NCBI GenBank assembly: GCA_964016885.1
Contig: OZ024740.1
Coordinates: forward strand, 136,834,001-136,898,000
Origin: Eledone cirrhosa
Lineage: Eukaryota
Length of the DNA: 64,000 bases
Reading direction: 5' to 3'
Position numbers and translations under genes: made by a program. Positions 40,201 to 53,369 of the stretch are shown in pieces; within the stretch, counting starts at the first letter, position 1; the number at the start of each line of letters is the position of its first letter. A model generated the notes under the pieces. It was given only the letters and a program-made list of their open reading frames with translations, did no database searches and was not told the origin of the DNA.

Positions 40201-40489
40201 CAAGAGTAACCAATCTTAAAGAGAGAGATGGAGATAGGAGAGGAGAGATTGGTGAATTAGTTAGAAGCCAAAGCGTAAAGGCACGTGCTCAATGTGCAAT
40301 ATGCAGTGGACATTATTATTATTATTATTATTCTCTACATTCCTTACATCAAACTAAAATATGTTGACAATCTTTTAATAATGTCTTCCTTGTGAAATTT
40401 GTGGTCTTGTTTTGCTTAACTAATGAATATATATATATATAATAAGTTTCCAGTGTCCTCGCTTTGCCTGGAAACTTACATGAGAATAG

Positions 40490-40572
40490 ACTTTCCTGAC
40501 GACGGAATGCTTCTCTATATTATTCTTCGGAAAATATATTTACTCCATTCCAGAAACTAATTAGTTGGAAGT
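40490..40572 (+). ncRNA. Type I hammerhead with an extended stem II
   Basis: actttc-CTGACGA-c-ggaatg-[insert with cTTCGg hairpin]-cattcc-a-GAAA-ctaattag-TT-ggaagt. Confidence 0.8.
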
Positions 40573-40682
40573 GATATTTTAGTAAGTAAGTTAATTTTAT
40601 AATTTTCTTATTTTACGTCTCTTATATATATATATATATATATGTATATGTATATATATATGTATATGTATATATATATATG

Positions 40683-40713
<31 letters not shown>

Positions 40714-40720
40714 GTGTATG

Positions 40721-40753
<33 letters not shown>

Positions 40754-40754
40754 G

Positions 40755-40785
<31 letters not shown>

Positions 40786-40810
40786 GTGTATGTATATATA
40801 TATATATATG

Positions 40811-40864
<54 letters not shown>

Positions 40865-40876
40865 GCACACACACAC

Positions 40877-40921
<45 letters not shown>

Positions 40922-40932
40922 TATATATATGT

Positions 40933-40977
<45 letters not shown>

Positions 40978-40992
40978 GATTTAATATAATAT

Positions 40993-41026
<34 letters not shown>

Positions 41027-43828
41027 TATTATATCATATATATAAACACCCTATAGATATTCTCACCACTGATTCAATACTTTCTTTATCGAACCGGAAA
41101 AGATGAAAAGCAAAATAAACATCTGTGGGGTTTAAATGCAGAGCGCAGGAACAAATATTACAAGGCATTCTATCCAATATTCTAATATTTCTGTCAAATC
41201 GACCAATCTGGGAATGAAAATATACATACGCTTTTTACCGTTGATTCGTTCTCCGAATATATACCTAGTTTTAATGATTCCAAACCTGCCGATCTCTAAA
41301 AAAAACCAAACGGAGAGTACCATGAAAAAAAAAAAATAAAAAAGATGTTACATAATGAAAGCTATACCCATTTTCAAAGAGAAGACATCTCTCAGGCATC
41401 GCAAAGTGGGTGGAAGATCTCCCCTCCGGACGGGGAGAGATAACAGGTTTGTCATTCTGATACCCCTCGAAGTGAAATGAAAACAAAAACGTATCCTGTG
41501 GGAGATTTAAACTCATAAAGACGTGGCGCAAAATTTATACAATAAAGCAGCACCCACTCTAACGTTCTACTGTCACGGACTTCTTCACAGAACTTAATTT
41601 TGGCTTATATTGAAGGGTCATCGATGCATTAACGTTTGGTAATTCACTCCTGGTGATTGGACACCTACTATTATCAACATCTGGTCATTTATATTTTGTG
41701 TAGACGACAACATCTTTGGGAAGATGTTACATTTTAAGCTGAAGAATAAGAAGATAAATTAGATTAGGCTAAGTCAGCGACAAGTCTTTTTTTTCTTACA
41801 ACTTCATTTAACGTCTTAACGAATCACATGTATTGGTACAAAAACAAACCTTAAGTCATGTAAAATAACAAATGCATTAATTTTTCTCAAGATCTCTTTC
41901 GATAAAAAGTGAATATCTTTAAGAAATCATTTCCATGATTAATTTTTTCCTATCTTGTTTACGCAGTTCATTCACAACGAGGCAAAAAATATTTGGTGCT
42001 AACATGTATCTTCGTAATACATTAACTGTACAAAAGTAGCGAAACACTTCGATTTACCTGTATATACGCATAAGTAATGGTATAGATCTCCGTCATTTCC
42101 GACGATGGATATACAAGCTGCTCGATCAATGGTGTAGCCTGCTCGAGAAATTAGCAAGCAAGTGGCTAAGCATTCCATAGACATGTGTGCCATTAAAGTA
42201 ATTCTCAGAGAGATTCAGAGTGATACAGTGTATGGTGAGGATGACCCTTTGAATTACAGGTACAGTCTATCCGACGGGCTTCCACACAATTTTTGTCTAC
42301 CCAATTCCACTCACAATGCCACGCAGTGGAGTTGAACCCAGGACCTAATGATTACAAAGCCAACTCCTTAACCATTCTGCCTTGTTGCTGATGTGATTTC
42401 AAACATGATGGTGTCAATGGTGTTTATTCTTAAGAAGCAATAAAAGCATTGCTTACCCTGTAAAATTATTTATTCAATATTTAACCTTTTTCGTTTTCTA
42501 TTTCAGTTTTGTAGAATTCTATCCCCATTATCATAGGCGGCGAATTGGCAGAGTTGTTAGAAAGCAGGTACAATGCTTTGCGGCATTCGTTTTGTCTCTG
42601 TTCTCCGAGTTCAAATTCCTCTATGGTCAATTTTGACTTTCATCTATTCAAGGTCGATAAAAAAGTACCAGTGAAGTACTGGGTCGATTTTCCCTCTATA
42701 TCTCTTTCTCACTTCCTTTCTCTCATTCTTTATTCTTCTCCGGAAGAAATCTGCCATGTTCAGACCTGGAGAGGAAATGGGCTCCGTCTGGTTTAAAAAT
42801 GCCATATGTCAATACGGTGTCCCAACGACTCCCTCGGAAGTTACGGGATCATGCATCATACTCATGATTGTAATAACTGTGGACGCAGCATGGCCAAATG
42901 GTTAAAACGTTTTCTTCGTAATCTTGAGGTCTCGGGTCCAAGCACTGTGAGAGAAATTGGTCAGATAGAAACTGTTTGGAAGTCCATCAGATGGACGGTA
43001 CTTGTAATTCAAAGTGTCACACTGAATATCCTTGCGAATTACTTTAAGGGTACACGTGTCTGTGGAATTCACGGCCATTTACACGTTGATTTCATGAGCA
43101 AGCTGTTCTGTTGATCTAATAACAGGAACAGCCATCGTCGAAACTGACGTCCATTCCTTCCTACCGTTATACAATGATATTAACATTTTAATGGTATAAT
43201 TCTATTTTTAATCTCCTGTATGATTTTCATTTGAAAGATATGGTATTACTGTGTTAGATTATTTTTCTTCAATACACAACATTCCATTTGCTTAACCTAA
43301 CCTATTTTCACATCACACCACGGATGGCCTGGATATTTACACTGAGGTAAAAATAAATAGGAATGTCGCGAGCGAAATGCCTCATGAACCAACTAGAGGC
43401 TATTGCCCGCTAAAAATAGCAGCCAATTTTCTCTGAAAACTTGCTATCGTTTTTAAATAAGAAAAGTTATTAAATAAAGTGGTCCTAGACAGGCTATTCT
43501 TTTTAGTCTTTTACTGATTTCTATAACTTATAATTGGGCTGTGTTTTAGTAAATTATATTGATTCCAGTACTTTGTCTAGTATCTATTTTATTGACCTCA
43601 TACATTATGACTGACCCCTCTCCCTCTCCAAACTATGGCCACTACTAGTACACCTTTAGTCATAGGTTTGCTCCACCAGAGCTGACATGGGGTTAACAAC
43701 GACAACAATGCACCAAGAAATGTCGTATGGTAGATTTAAAGAATATACGATAACGCAATAGAGCAGGTTTTCTAAATAAACTAGAAGATCAGTACGGTTA
43801 ATAATATCGGCAGTATCGCTGAATCTTA

Positions 43829-44525
43829 ACTATAATAAAGAAAGGAGTGCGGGATTGCGTCCAGAATATAGTTTTTTTTACCCCGTTTGTAAAATAAGTT
43901 GGATTACTTTGAATAAATAATTGTTTCTACTTTTTGGCACAAGGCCAGCAATTACCCAGTGCATTACTGGTACTTTATTTCATCGACCCCGTAAGGATGA
44001 AAGGCAAAGTTAACCTCGGCGGGATTTGAACTCAGAATGGCAAGGGACGTAACTCTATGCGTCAAAGCATGGCGTCCGACCCTCTACCGATACTGCCAAT
44101 CCACCGCCCTCATGAATGAATATTACATAATTTATGTGCTAAATTTCGTGGCTGTTGATTAAATATATTTTATAGCTTATTAAAAGATCTTTAAAATTCA
44201 CTTCTTTAAAATTTTCAAATGTCAACACTTCCGGTTAGCGGCCGTTATATTGTAACAATTATAAAAATATCGCATATATTTCCGTCACTAATTTTCTCCT
44301 AATGCAGTTTCTATATAATATCGTCTTTTTTTAAATGTATCATGGATTACGTTACTGATTACAGAAGACAGTGTAACATAGACTTCGTTCAATTTCTGTG
44401 TATATTGTCAATTACGATTTTATTTGATGTATCATATCTACATGCATATATATTTGTGTATAATATCAATATACACACTACACATGCTAGCAGAAAAACC
44501 ACCCGAAGGGTGGTTTTTCTGCTAG
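43829..44525 (+). mobile_element. Non-autonomous Helitron-like element with a SINE insertion (43921-44111, minus)
   Basis: Colinear with 13800-14308; terminal hairpin plus CTAG. Confidence 0.78.
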
Positions 44526-45070
44526 TGTATTTAATTTTTCGAGTTGGATTGGTATGCCACATATATCAGGATTACTGTACAAATTTTGCATTTTGATAAA
44601 CCCATGATTTGCATGTGAGGGTTTCTCATATGCAAAACATTAATTTACTGACACATGGAAGTGATTAACGATAACAATTATATTTTAATATAATTTGCTT
44701 TTGCTGGAACCCGCTAGATGGCGCTACGTCATTAGTTTCCAAATTCATAGCTGAAGGCTTTCAAAATGTTTATTCATAAACATACCGTATATCGCTAGAT
44801 ATACAAAATACGCATATATACACAGCTATGTTACAGCAAACAATTTAATTATATTTTAATAATTTATTTCTAGGATATAATTACATAAATGTTCAGCATG
44901 TATGTACAAATGACATACAGGAATAAATGTTTGAATAACCATGGAGAAATAACTATTTATAGAGTTAAATGGTGTGATTCAAAAGCCAACTTTTTATTGT
45001 AGCGACACGACTGCGTGTATGTGCGTGTATGTTTGTGTGCGTACATTTAAGAGTTACAGACAGAGGTATA

Positions 45071-45267
45071 CGTGGGTCGACTGAAAAGTTCTATGTTGAC
45101 CACGAAGGATTGATACTAGAGCTGTGAAATCTTGCATACATAAAATTTAAGTCTTCTTATTAATAACTGCACTGTTTCTTTCTAGGGACTTTATTGAAAA
45201 ATAAACCTCATTTTGTCATTCCATGAGAGTATCTTGGTCAGCGTATGAACTTTTCAGTCGACCCTCA
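45071..45267. mobile_element. Tc1/mariner-type MITE
   Basis: TIRs GGGTCGACTGAAAAGTTC / GAACTTTTCAGTCGACCC; TA flanks. Confidence 0.85.
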
Positions 45268-46457
45268 TATACACACGTTGCGTATTATTATGACTGATGA
45301 TGCTGATAAATAGATGAAAACATTTGGTTATTTCCTGAATTGAGCAAGTAAGGCAAAACAAAATGCCAAAACAACTAAACAAAATATCTAAAAATAACTC
45401 CTATATTAAAACAACTCTTATCTCAGCAGGCTAATCAGTGGTTCACCGTAGTCATGGCGGTGTGAGTGACAGGAAAATGTCTCCGTCTCGAGGTGGAACA
45501 CATATCATTCGTAGAGAACCAGTTTTCTTGGTCTTTGTACCGATATACATTACCTAAGCCAGCAGTAGAAGAATAAAGAGCACCGCGAATTTAAGTGTTT
45601 GGGAGTTTGGGTGGTGGTGGTGCGTGCATGTGTGTGTGGTTGGGGAGGGAGTAATTGTTTACCTGACGTCAGCCGAGGGCGGAAACATTGCTGTTTATCT
45701 TCCACCAAATGATTACATAATCCCAGAGCAGCTTTCTCACCGCATCCATTCCATACGCCTGATACGAAAAACAAAACAAATAATAATGATGATGATAATA
45801 ATACTAATTTCTTTTTATTTGCCAGAGGGGATTTACACAGAGATGGGGGAGGGGTGTTACTCTGAAATCGAGTAGAAAGAAATTAACAAACAAATAATAA
45901 GCAAAAGAATTACAACAATGAAAATTCTCCAATAGAGTGGATGACCACACAGGGTGACTTAGGAACCCTACAAACCTTAAACCACCGAACGCTCGAAGAG
46001 CAGCCTAGTAGGGCGTCCATCTCCTCTCTAAATCAATCAGCCTACAGGCATATACAGCCTACAGGCTATTATTGTAACATTAATTCACCTTTTAACAAAT
46101 GTACTGCGGGGCAGCACTTCCTTCTCCATCCGCATTTTCTTTTCCAAGGGAAACTCGAAAAAGTTGATGAGGGATTGGCCACCAAACAGAGGAAAGCTGC
46201 TTGTGCTTCCTGGGCAAAAAGATGACGGCATGTCGATCCTCACGGTGGACTCGTCTGATAGCCGGATTCCTCCTACACGTGATAACAGCTGTTCGACATA
46301 ACTCCACATGTTAGTAATGCACGGAAACTGGACAACTGCGTGCAGAACGGACTTGTCGCTTTGTGCTCATATCGGACAGGTCCATCTGACCGCACTTCCG
46401 TGTCTCTAAAGTTTATCTTGAACTGTTAGTGCTTCTTAATAACATTGCCAAGCGAGG

Positions 46458-46879
46458 GATTTCTGGAAGTTATCTATATTTCCCGACTAGAAAGTCCTCC
46501 CGAATAGACTCGATTTCTGGAAGTTATCTATATTTCCCGACTAGAAAGCCCTCCCGAATAGACTCGATTTCTGGAAGTTATCTATATTTCCCGACTAGAA
46601 AGTCCTCCCGAATAGACTCGATTTCTGGAAGTTATCTATATTTCCCGACTAGAAAGTCCTCCCGAATAGACTCGATTTCTGGAAGTTATCTATATTTCCC
46701 GACTAGAAAGTCCTCCCGAATAGACTTGATTTCTGGAAGTTATCTATATTTCCCGACTAGAAAGTCCTCCCGAATAGACTCGATTTCTGGAAGTTATCTA
46801 TATTTCCCGACTAGAAAGTCCTCCCGAATAGACTCGATTTCTGGAAGTTATCTATATTTCCCGACTAGAAAGTCCTCTC
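46458..46879. repeat. Homogeneous 54-bp tandem repeat, about 7.8 copies
   Basis: Unit GATTTCTGGAAGTTATCTATATTTCCCGACTAGAAAGTCCTCCCGAATAGACTC; about 2 substitutions among the full copies. Confidence 0.97.
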
Positions 46880-47029
46880 GATTTCGTCGACGCACAGAGA
46901 CACTCCAAGAGCGTCGTCGCAATTCCCACCACTAATCCTGTATTGAAGTCTAGCGTGGAATTTCCACTGACCGCATTGCCCGATTGGTAGAGGTCAGTGA
47001 GCGCCAGGCAACATTCCAATTGGTGGCCA

Positions 47030-47190
47030 GCAGCTCATTAGCATAGTGGTTAACGCTTTCGCCTGGCATCCGAGAAATGAAGGATTTGATTAATCGTAGG
47101 CACTTCTTTCCATTTTCTCCTTCTCTAAGGGTACTTTACCCGATTTTCTCAACTATTATTATGGTCATTTGTGTTGGGACGCACACATTC
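47030..47190 (+). mobile_element. tRNA-derived SINE of a second family (relatives at about 62595-62770 on - and 63005-63160 on +)
   Basis: tagcatagtggttaacgc...gcctggcatccgaga head; shared ccgattttc...atggtcatttg body. Confidence 0.65.
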
Positions 47191-47227
47191 TATATTTCTT
47201 ATGAATACAGTATGACTGAAACTAGTA

Positions 47228-47296
<69 letters not shown>

Positions 47297-48383
47297 CTAT
47301 TTGACTCTCCACCTATCGCTCACTATACATACTTACAGACACACATGCATACATACATACATACATATGTAAAAATATGTAAAAGATTTCAAATATTCTG
47401 CATCTAATAACTGCATATACACTTGTACAGATACAAAGAATATGCACATGCACACATATAACTAAAAACATCCACATCCACACATGCAATAACATCCATA
47501 CCTACACACATATGCATGCAGACATACATACATATCTACCTTGAGTTTTGTATCTGTGTTAGAGACCGACTCTTTCTCTATTGGTAAAAAAATCGTGAAA
47601 TTATAAAACCAGAAGAAAATACATACATACATACGTACGTACATACATATATACATACATACAAGCAAACAGACAAACAAACAAAGTATCTTAAAATAGG
47701 AAATAGACCGAACACATTGAGCATTATATATATGCAGTAGCAAACCTTATAAACGTTAAATTGGCGGCAGGTTGTGTTTATATAAAGTACAAAAAATGTA
47801 AAATACATATACATACATACATACATACATACATACATACATACATACATACATACATACATACATTCATACACACACATACACATACATATACATACAC
47901 ACATACACACACATACATACATACACACACATACATACATATATACACATACACACACGTTTGTGTGTGGATATATGCATGTAAACCACACTTGTTCATA
48001 GAGAAGGTCACGTCGTGTTCAACAGTTCTCCAAAGATGTCAAATTTAAACGAAGTAATTAGTCTTATGAACTAATTAGTCTATATACAGCCGTAAATTAC
48101 ACAATTTACTCAACAATAGTCGCAACAGGCGCCGGCGTAATTAAGCGTCATTGTATAACAAGCAATAAAAACAGTCTTTTCAATGCCGTGTCTATCTGTC
48201 TGTTTACATATACACCTATATATACGTACATATATACACGTTAGTTGTTAGTGACAACGAACGGGAGAAAAAGTGTGAGTTAAACATAACTATTAGCACC
48301 AGCTGAACACAAGCTAATTTGTTAAAAACATAGTATTGGATTTAAAGACAGACAAACACCACTGTAAGAATCCAAACGAAGAC

Positions 48384-48437
<54 letters not shown>

Positions 48438-48548
48438 AATTTATATCTAGTAACATTTATATACATACAGATGCACATCAATGCTAGCAAATATATAGGT
48501 TTTGTCTTAGTAACATTGTGGTTCAATGCATGGGGTTGCAGAACAATA

Positions 48549-48826
48549 ATATGAGAGACGTAAGATAAGAAAATTATAAAATTATAAAAAAATTATAAAA
48601 TTGACTTACTTACTAAAATATCACTTCCAACTAATTAGTTTCTGGAATGGAGTAAATATATTTTCCGAAGAACATATAGAAAAGCATTTCCTGACGACGG
48701 AATGCTTTTCTATATGTTCTTCGGAAAATATATTTACTCCATTCCAGAAACTAATTAGTTGGAAGTGATATTTTAGTAAGTCAATTTTATAATTTTTTTA
48801 TAATTTTATAATTTTCTTATCTTACG

Positions 48827-48836
<10 letters not shown>
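48549..48836. repeat. Near-perfect fold-back palindrome (about 140-bp arms) centred on a hammerhead core
   Basis: Apex ttcc-TGACGAC-ggaa; the arms differ by one 4-bp and one 1-bp indel; the right arm is the element seen at 40490-40622. Confidence 0.95.
48687..48764 (+). ncRNA. Type I hammerhead (paralogue of 40490-40572)
   Basis: tttc-CTGACGA-c-ggaatg...cattcc-a-GAAA-ctaattag-TT-ggaa. Confidence 0.75.
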
Positions 48837-48924
<88 letters not shown>

Positions 48925-49023
48925 GTTATTCCGGGTTGAATCGGAGGTAACCACAGTAAGTAAGGTACTCAATACATAGCAGAGTATAACAGTTTTAATA
49001 TAGATTTAATACAGTTTTAATAT

Positions 49024-49074
49024 AGATTCCTGATGATTTCTAATGAATGAAACAGTTCTAGTCCTGTAGAATCT
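49024..49074 (+). ncRNA. Type I hammerhead with intact core; predicted cleavage after GUA at 49068
   Basis: agattc-CTGATGA-t-ttc-taat-gaa-t-GAAA-cag-ttctagtc-ctg-TA-gaatct; 6-bp stem I, 3-bp stem II, 4-bp stem III. Confidence 0.9.
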
Positions 49075-49076
49075 CA

Positions 49077-49148
<72 letters not shown>

Positions 49149-49189
49149 CAATATTAATAAATGGAAAATATCTTTACAAAACCATATTT

Positions 49190-49248
49190 ATTTTATTATG
49201 CGTATTTCAAGGGTACTAATTTTTAAGTACGTTTTCGTCAGATAAAAT
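49190..49248 (-). ncRNA. Type I hammerhead with intact core
   Basis: Minus strand: attttat-CTGACGA-aaac-gtact-taaaaatt-agtac-cctt-GAAA-tacgca-TA-ataaaat; 7-bp stem I. Confidence 0.8.
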
Positions 49249-49271
49249 ATAATATTTGGTGTGAACTTATT

Positions 49272-49324
<53 letters not shown>

Positions 49325-50070
49325 ATGTGTGTGTGTGTGTGTGTGTGTGTTTGTATACAGTACATACAAAAATTCTAAGGTACTTTCCAGCCATAATTAG
49401 GAACCTTGCAGCTGAGTCTGTGATCTTTCTTCAGACAGAAGCATCTTTAATATGGTCGCCCCATATTATAACGATGGGCTAGCTAGAAGTGGTTTTGACG
49501 AGAAGCCACTATATAGGGGACATAACCTCACACCATTAAAGAACTATAAAGTAGAAGTTAACCTGGTTTCATCCTGCATTCAACACTTATCTGGACACCG
49601 ATATATTTAGGAAATGTTTATATGTAATCAGACAACATTTCCGACCCACTTAAAAGTATAAACTTTTCAATCTTGATAACATCAAAGTTACATTTTCCTT
49701 TCCGAATAACACACAACAACCGAATATTCACATCTAGACAGTCTCACTCCAGTACCCTACTTGTATCAGCAGAAGAACTTGTCTTCATAAGAGATATCTT
49801 AAATATTCTCCTGAGACTGTTTAAAAAACACTATACCGGACTTACTGCGAATACATTAAACATTCAATATTACCAGAATGTAAATTCACTCACGACAAAG
49901 TAAACTCCCCTTTCTTGTTCCAATTCGCCTGGCAGCTTATATATCATGGATCAAAACATATTCCATTAATATGGAACACCATCGATAAAGTAACATTAAC
50001 TGACGCAGAAGCTGCTAATTATGCTAATTATGCCTAGCTGAAAAGCTTCAGATATTAAAACAGCCAGCAA

Positions 50071-50220
50071 TCTATAATATAATATAGGAAGGAGTGCGGG
50101 ACGGCGTCCGTTTTATATTTTTTTTATCCCGTTAGTAAAATAAGTTGGTTACTGTGAATGAATAATGAATGATAATTATGTAATTTATCTACTAAATTTC
50201 GTAGCTCTTGATTAAAGATA
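50071..50220 (+). mobile_element. Helitron-like 5' fragment
   Basis: A|TCTATAATATAATATAGGAAGGAGTGCGGGAC, homologous to 13800 and 43829. Confidence 0.65.
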
Positions 50221-50845
50221 ACTAGGAAATTCATCGGAGGAAATTCTAACTGCACAGTTTCTATACGTCCGAATATCCATGGCGTACTGATACACTATCC
50301 TTTAATAGTTTAGCTATCAACAATACTATTTCTGATTTGCCACATATGCCATCATCTTATCTGCCTTGACCAATGAAAATGGGGCTAACCAGTATACTGC
50401 TAATGCAACGTTATAATCCATCAAATTTTGGCCGTACGAGCGTACGTATACAACTATACATGTGTGAAATTCGGAATAGTATTGAAGTGAATCCTTGATT
50501 CCTATTAAATATAAACTCTACACCATGTATTGACTACACCTTTCTTTCGTTTATAAACAAAAATGGTATATATACACCCACTTATATATAATTATATATA
50601 TCTTTTCCAAGGGTGAAAGAGAACGGGTAAATATTCAATTATTTTGTTTGACCTGTTTGGCTTGCCTCGTCTTTTTGGCTTAGGTGGTTGATGGCTTCTT
50701 GACCGCCATCTCAGTTTGCTTGGCCTTTATAACTTATGTTTATTGCTCTGGTCTTTATTTTGTCCATGGAGCGCTTGCCAGCATAACTCGGATATTGCAT
50801 TTTGCTTTGTTTTCGACCACGGCCGAAACCCGATTTCGCTGAAAT

Positions 50846-50973
<128 letters not shown>

Positions 50974-51032
50974 CGTGTGCGCGCGCGCGTATGTGTATAT
51001 CCATGTTTATACATAGACATATCTATATATAT

Positions 51033-51215
51033 TATTTGGCAGTATCGGTAGAGGGTCGGACGCCATGCTTTCCAGCATAGTTACGTCCCTTTACGATCTG
51101 AGTTCAAATCACGCCGAGGTTGACTTTGCCTTTCATCCTTACGGGGTCGATAAAATAAAGTACCAGTAATGCACTGGGTAATTACTGGCCTTGTGCCTAA
51201 AGTAGAAACAATTAT
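51033..51215 (+). mobile_element. tRNA-derived SINE
   Basis: tggcagtatcggtagag...gagttcaaatc...gcctttcatccttacggggtcgataaaataaagtaccag. Confidence 0.85.
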
Positions 51216-52238
51216 TTATTATGTAAAGTACAAGCAGAATTCTGTCTGGTTACCTTACGTTTCTGCTAGCTGACATACTAATTCAATGAATATTCATCAT
51301 CGAAAATGATGAAGATCCATTTACGTATTTTTAAGATGCGTGTATATTTGAATATATGTGAATGCGTGCACGTGTGTATGTGTATGTAAATGAAGAGTTT
51401 GGATGTTCACACATGTAAACGAGTTACTTACTGATGCATAAATCCCTGCACGGAAATGCTGGAGTATGATCTGTGCATTTTGGAAAGATGAGGCCGCAAT
51501 AGAAACCCATTACTTGTTTGGAACATCCTTGATCTAATAAAGGTTCAACTATGGTTCGGAAACGTTGCCGAGCAACAGTCTGGTTATTGTCTCCAAACAG
51601 ATTTGGAAGAAATGTTTGAGAATAACCTAGTGATATACAAGGATGAAATTCTAGCAGCTGGCAGCGAGCTGTAAATAGAGAATTTAGAATTAAAATATTC
51701 ATTTATAAATTAATAGCTAAGATTTTTAGGGAGTTAATTTTCGTCAGAAATGAAGGCGTGTGGTTTAGTGGTTAGGATATTGGAATCACGACTCTAAGGC
51801 CGAAACTTCGAATATCAGACCGGATGGAACGTTGTACCCTTCAGCAAACTATTTCATTTCACGTTGCTCCAGTTCATTCAACTGCAAATGTGTACAGGTG
51901 TCCTGTCCAGAAGTCTTGTACTCTCAGTTTGTTAATGATGTATGAAACTAGAATGAGCTCTTGTCTTCGTCTAACCCGCACATGCATGATGATACGGACG
52001 TAAAAACAATAACTGTTTCAATTCTCGTAGAAAAATATTGAACTAAGTTGGGCAGTTTGCTATGATGGGCATTAAGAGTATAATCTATTTCTGATAACCC
52101 AGTACCAGATTAAAGCCAACTGATGGATTACCAGCTTGGGCGGATAGACTACATTTCACACCTGGCTTGGCTTATTACCAGCTTCGTATGGACTTGCCTA
52201 AATGTATTTGTGTAAGTAGACCTTTGATGTGTTACACT

Positions 52239-52346
52239 CAGTGATGGGCCTACATTTTGGGTACCATGAAACTTAAAATGTTATGGGTCCCCTTCCAGGA
52301 TTAGGATCCTGAAACATTCATTAGTTTTATAGTAAATCCGTCACTG
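52239..52346. mobile_element. Small hAT-like MITE
   Basis: CAGTGATGGGCCTAC / GTAAATCCGTCACTG imperfect TIRs; GTTACACT/GTTAAAAT flanks. Confidence 0.5.
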
Positions 52347-52376
52347 GTTAAAATGGTGCAATATTACAATATTAAG

Positions 52377-52591
52377 GGAGGTGGATTGGCAGTATCGGTG
52401 GAGCGTCGGACAACATGATTTATAGCATAGTATTACGGCCTTTTACGATCTGAGTTCAAATCCTGCCGAGGTTAACTTTACCTTTCAAGCTTACGGAGTC
52501 AATAAAATAAAAGTACCTGTGACGTACTGGCGTCAATTTAATCGACTTTCCCCTCACCCAAAATTGTTGACCTTGTGTCTAAACCAGAAAC
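52377..52591 (+). mobile_element. tRNA-derived SINE with 18-bp TSD
   Basis: TSD CAATATTACAATATTAAG at 52359-52376 and 52592-52609. Confidence 0.88.
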
Positions 52592-53275
52592 CAATATTAC
52601 AATATTAAGAAAGTTGTTTTTTTTACCTATAATCGGTGCTGTCTCTTCAATATTTCCACTAGGTTTGTTGACTTCCGTTGTGTCCAGAATAATTTTTAAC
52701 ATGGTGATGTAAAAGTGAATCCGAACTGCAAATAGTTCTTTGTTAACCAAAGGCATGATTGAACCTCCTTAAACGGCGCAGGTCAAGGTGGATGAGAGAA
52801 GAGGACGACATTATAAAGAGTATTATGAATGGTCAAATAACAACATGAATCAGAGAAACAACAACAACAGCATTAACGACAAAGACACAACATTAGCAAC
52901 AACAATACTAATAACAACAACATTAAAAACAACATTAACGACATTTACTACATAAACCACCACAACAACAACAACAGCAACATTAAGAACAACAATATTA
53001 ACAACAATAACAGCCGCAATAACAACAATAACAATATCAATAGACCATCAATTACAATAACAGCAACAACAAGGACAACAGAAACAGCAGAAATTATAAC
53101 AAGAATAGTAGAAAGATAGGCGCAGGCATGGCTGACTAGGTAAGGAGTTCACTTCGCAATCAATTGGTTCTGGGTTCAGTCCTACTGTGTGGCACCTTCG
53201 ACATGCGCCTCCCACTATAGCTTCCGGTTGCCCTGTGAGTGGAATTTGGTAGACGGAAACTGCAGAAGACCGTCG

Positions 53276-53369
<94 letters not shown>

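Noticed and set aside
41330-41700. Faint LINE-like coding remnants (also 5920-6200, 49380-49900 and 51430-51700)
   Set aside because: Only isolated motif fragments; too degraded to assign family or boundaries by eye.
46458-46879. CRISPR-like array, or a 168-aa repeat protein (ORF 46429-46935)
   Set aside because: The units are contiguous with no unique spacers, there are no cas genes and the context is eukaryotic. The ORF simply reflects a stop-free 54-bp unit.
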